Source: Gekko japonicus (lineage: Eukaryota). Taken from it: a DNA stretch of 64,000 nt. Positions 62,536 through 64,000 of the stretch are shown here, in pieces. Under the pieces are notes generated by a model. The model made no database searches and had not been told where the DNA came from. It saw nothing but the letters and a program-made list of their open reading frames with translations. Each line of letters opens with the position of its first letter. Position 1 is the stretch's first letter. The DNA lies in contig NW_015167532.1 in the NCBI RefSeq assembly GCF_001447785.1, positions 1,319,246 to 1,383,245 of the forward strand, read 5' to 3'. A program made the translations under genes and the position numbers.

Positions 62536-62944
62536 CAGGGGTCATTTCGTAGAAAAAGAGGTGCAGGAGTTCATTAGCAGAACTCATTAGCATAACTTAT
62601 TTGCATATGCCACACCCTCTGACATCACCGGAAGTGTGTCAGAAGGCAACACCCACTGCTCAGGCTCCACTGGACTGTTTTGGACTGCTAGCTATTGGGG
62701 GGGGGGGGAACGTGCAGATCTGTCCTCACAGAGGAGGGAGAGCTTGTACCTGAATAAAACTTGGTCTTAAAGGTGCCACTGGACTGTTTTCGACTGGGGG
62801 GAGCTCTGCAACTTACCTGGCTGCTTCTTGCTCTGACTGAGGGCTGTTGGGAGCAGGGGGTGGGGTTTGTTGCATGTGCCTGCCCCCTGGGCTCTTTACT
62901 GCCGGAGCTCCGATCCTGTGCACTCCTGCAGGAAATGACCCCTG
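62536..62944. mobile_element. hAT MITE family C
   Basis: CAGGGGTCATTTC / GAAATGACCCCTG TIRs; 8-bp TSD CAGATTAT. Confidence 0.85.
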
Positions 62945-63564
62945 CAGATTATAGAAAAGCAATAATCCATCGAATGGAATTTGCCAGCATATATATTTTT
63001 CGTTTCACAAAGGCTTCCTCATAGATGGAAAATTACATCTCGCTAGTTCACAAGAGAAAAAGCACTCATATCATGTGAAATAAACAACAGGTCTCTTTGC
63101 ATCCTAAGTTACAGTAACCTTATTCATACAATACAATACAATACAATAATTGAATAAACCTTTGTTGGTCTTAAAGGTGCCATTGGACTCTAAATTTGTT
63201 CTACTTATGTTCCTGGAGGGGTTTTTTGCCATCTTCTGGGCATGGGACAGGGCTCACTGGGGGGGGGGTGCGCGGAGGGGGAGGTATTTGTGAATTTCCT
63301 GCATTGTGCAGGGGGGTTGAAATAGATGACCCTGCAGGTCCCTTCCAACCCTATGATTCTATAACTGAAGAGTTGTCTGAAGAGTTGGTTTTATTCCCTG
63401 CTATTCACTACCCAAAGGAGTCTCGGAATGGCTTACAATCGCCTTCCCTTCCTCTGCTCGCAACGGACACCCTGTGGGGCAGCTATGACTGCAGCCGGTG
63501 GGAGAGCTTGCAAGTGGGCAGAGGAAGTCGGCGGCATGGAGGTGGGTGGGGACATCCCCTCCCA

Positions 63565-63943
63565 AAATATTAGAACTCAAGGGTATCCAATGAAGCTGAT
63601 GGGCAGTAGGTTCAGGACACACAAAAGGGAATACTACTTTAGAGAGAGAGTGATTAAAATGTGGAATTCACTGCCAGAGGATGTAGTGACGGCCACAAGC
63701 ATAGATAGCTTTAAAGGAGAATTACACATTCATGGAGGATCGTTGTATCAGTGGCTAATAGCCATGTGATTAAAGGGAACCTCCACATTCAGAGGCACTA
63801 AACCTCTGAATCCCAAAGCCAGGAGGCAATGTCAGGGTCCTGTTCTTGGACCTCCAGAGGAACTGGTAGGCCACTGTGTGAGACAGGGTGCTGGACTAAA
63901 TGGACCATTGGTCTGATCCAACAGGGGTCTTCTTATATTCTTA
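63565..63943 (+). mobile_element. CR1 3' end
   Basis: RTQGYPMKLMGSRFRTHKREYYF...WNSLPEDVV. Confidence 0.8.
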
Positions 63944-64000
63944 TATAAGAACCAACACTTTGAATTGTGCCCAGAAACAAATAGGCAACCAGCGCAAACC

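Noticed and set aside
43200-64000. Exons of expected neighbours (HTR5A here, DPP6 at the left end) or a divergent lncRNA
   Set aside because: No GPCR- or DPP-like coding sequence recognised; the ORFs map to repeats or are short; a lncRNA cannot be called from sequence alone.

Overview
Vertebrate genomic DNA; the SINE/LINE/hAT repertoire points to a squamate, probably a gecko (inference). The window holds one complete protein-coding gene, PAXIP1 (PTIP), on the minus strand. I reconstructed 21 coding exons from 42532 (ATG) to 13102 (TGA), giving 3222 nt and 1073 aa with consistent phases, BRCT repeats, an acidic run and a long Q-rich exon. Two introns are minor-spliceosome (U12) type: intron 3 (GT-AG) and the last intron (AT-AC). 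A CpG-island promoter lies at about 42-43 kb. The rest is intronic or intergenic DNA dense in L2, CR1, RTE-BovB, RTE-X and L1-related LINEs, SINEs, Penelope and DIRS remnants and several hAT MITE families. There are five N gaps. I found no convincing novel gene system. The best leads are: (1) a terminal AT-AC intron whose retention gives an almost equivalent C-terminus; (2) hAT MITEs carrying repeated KLF+POU(+ETS/CRE) motif cassettes; (3) an ORF1-only L1-like retrocopy with a ~100 bp flanking duplication; (4) a Penelope-type minimal hammerhead core; (5) fold-back inversions at LINE 5' junctions; (6) a candidate PBX-HOX/MEIS enhancer. Repeat family names come from pattern recognition, not database searches.
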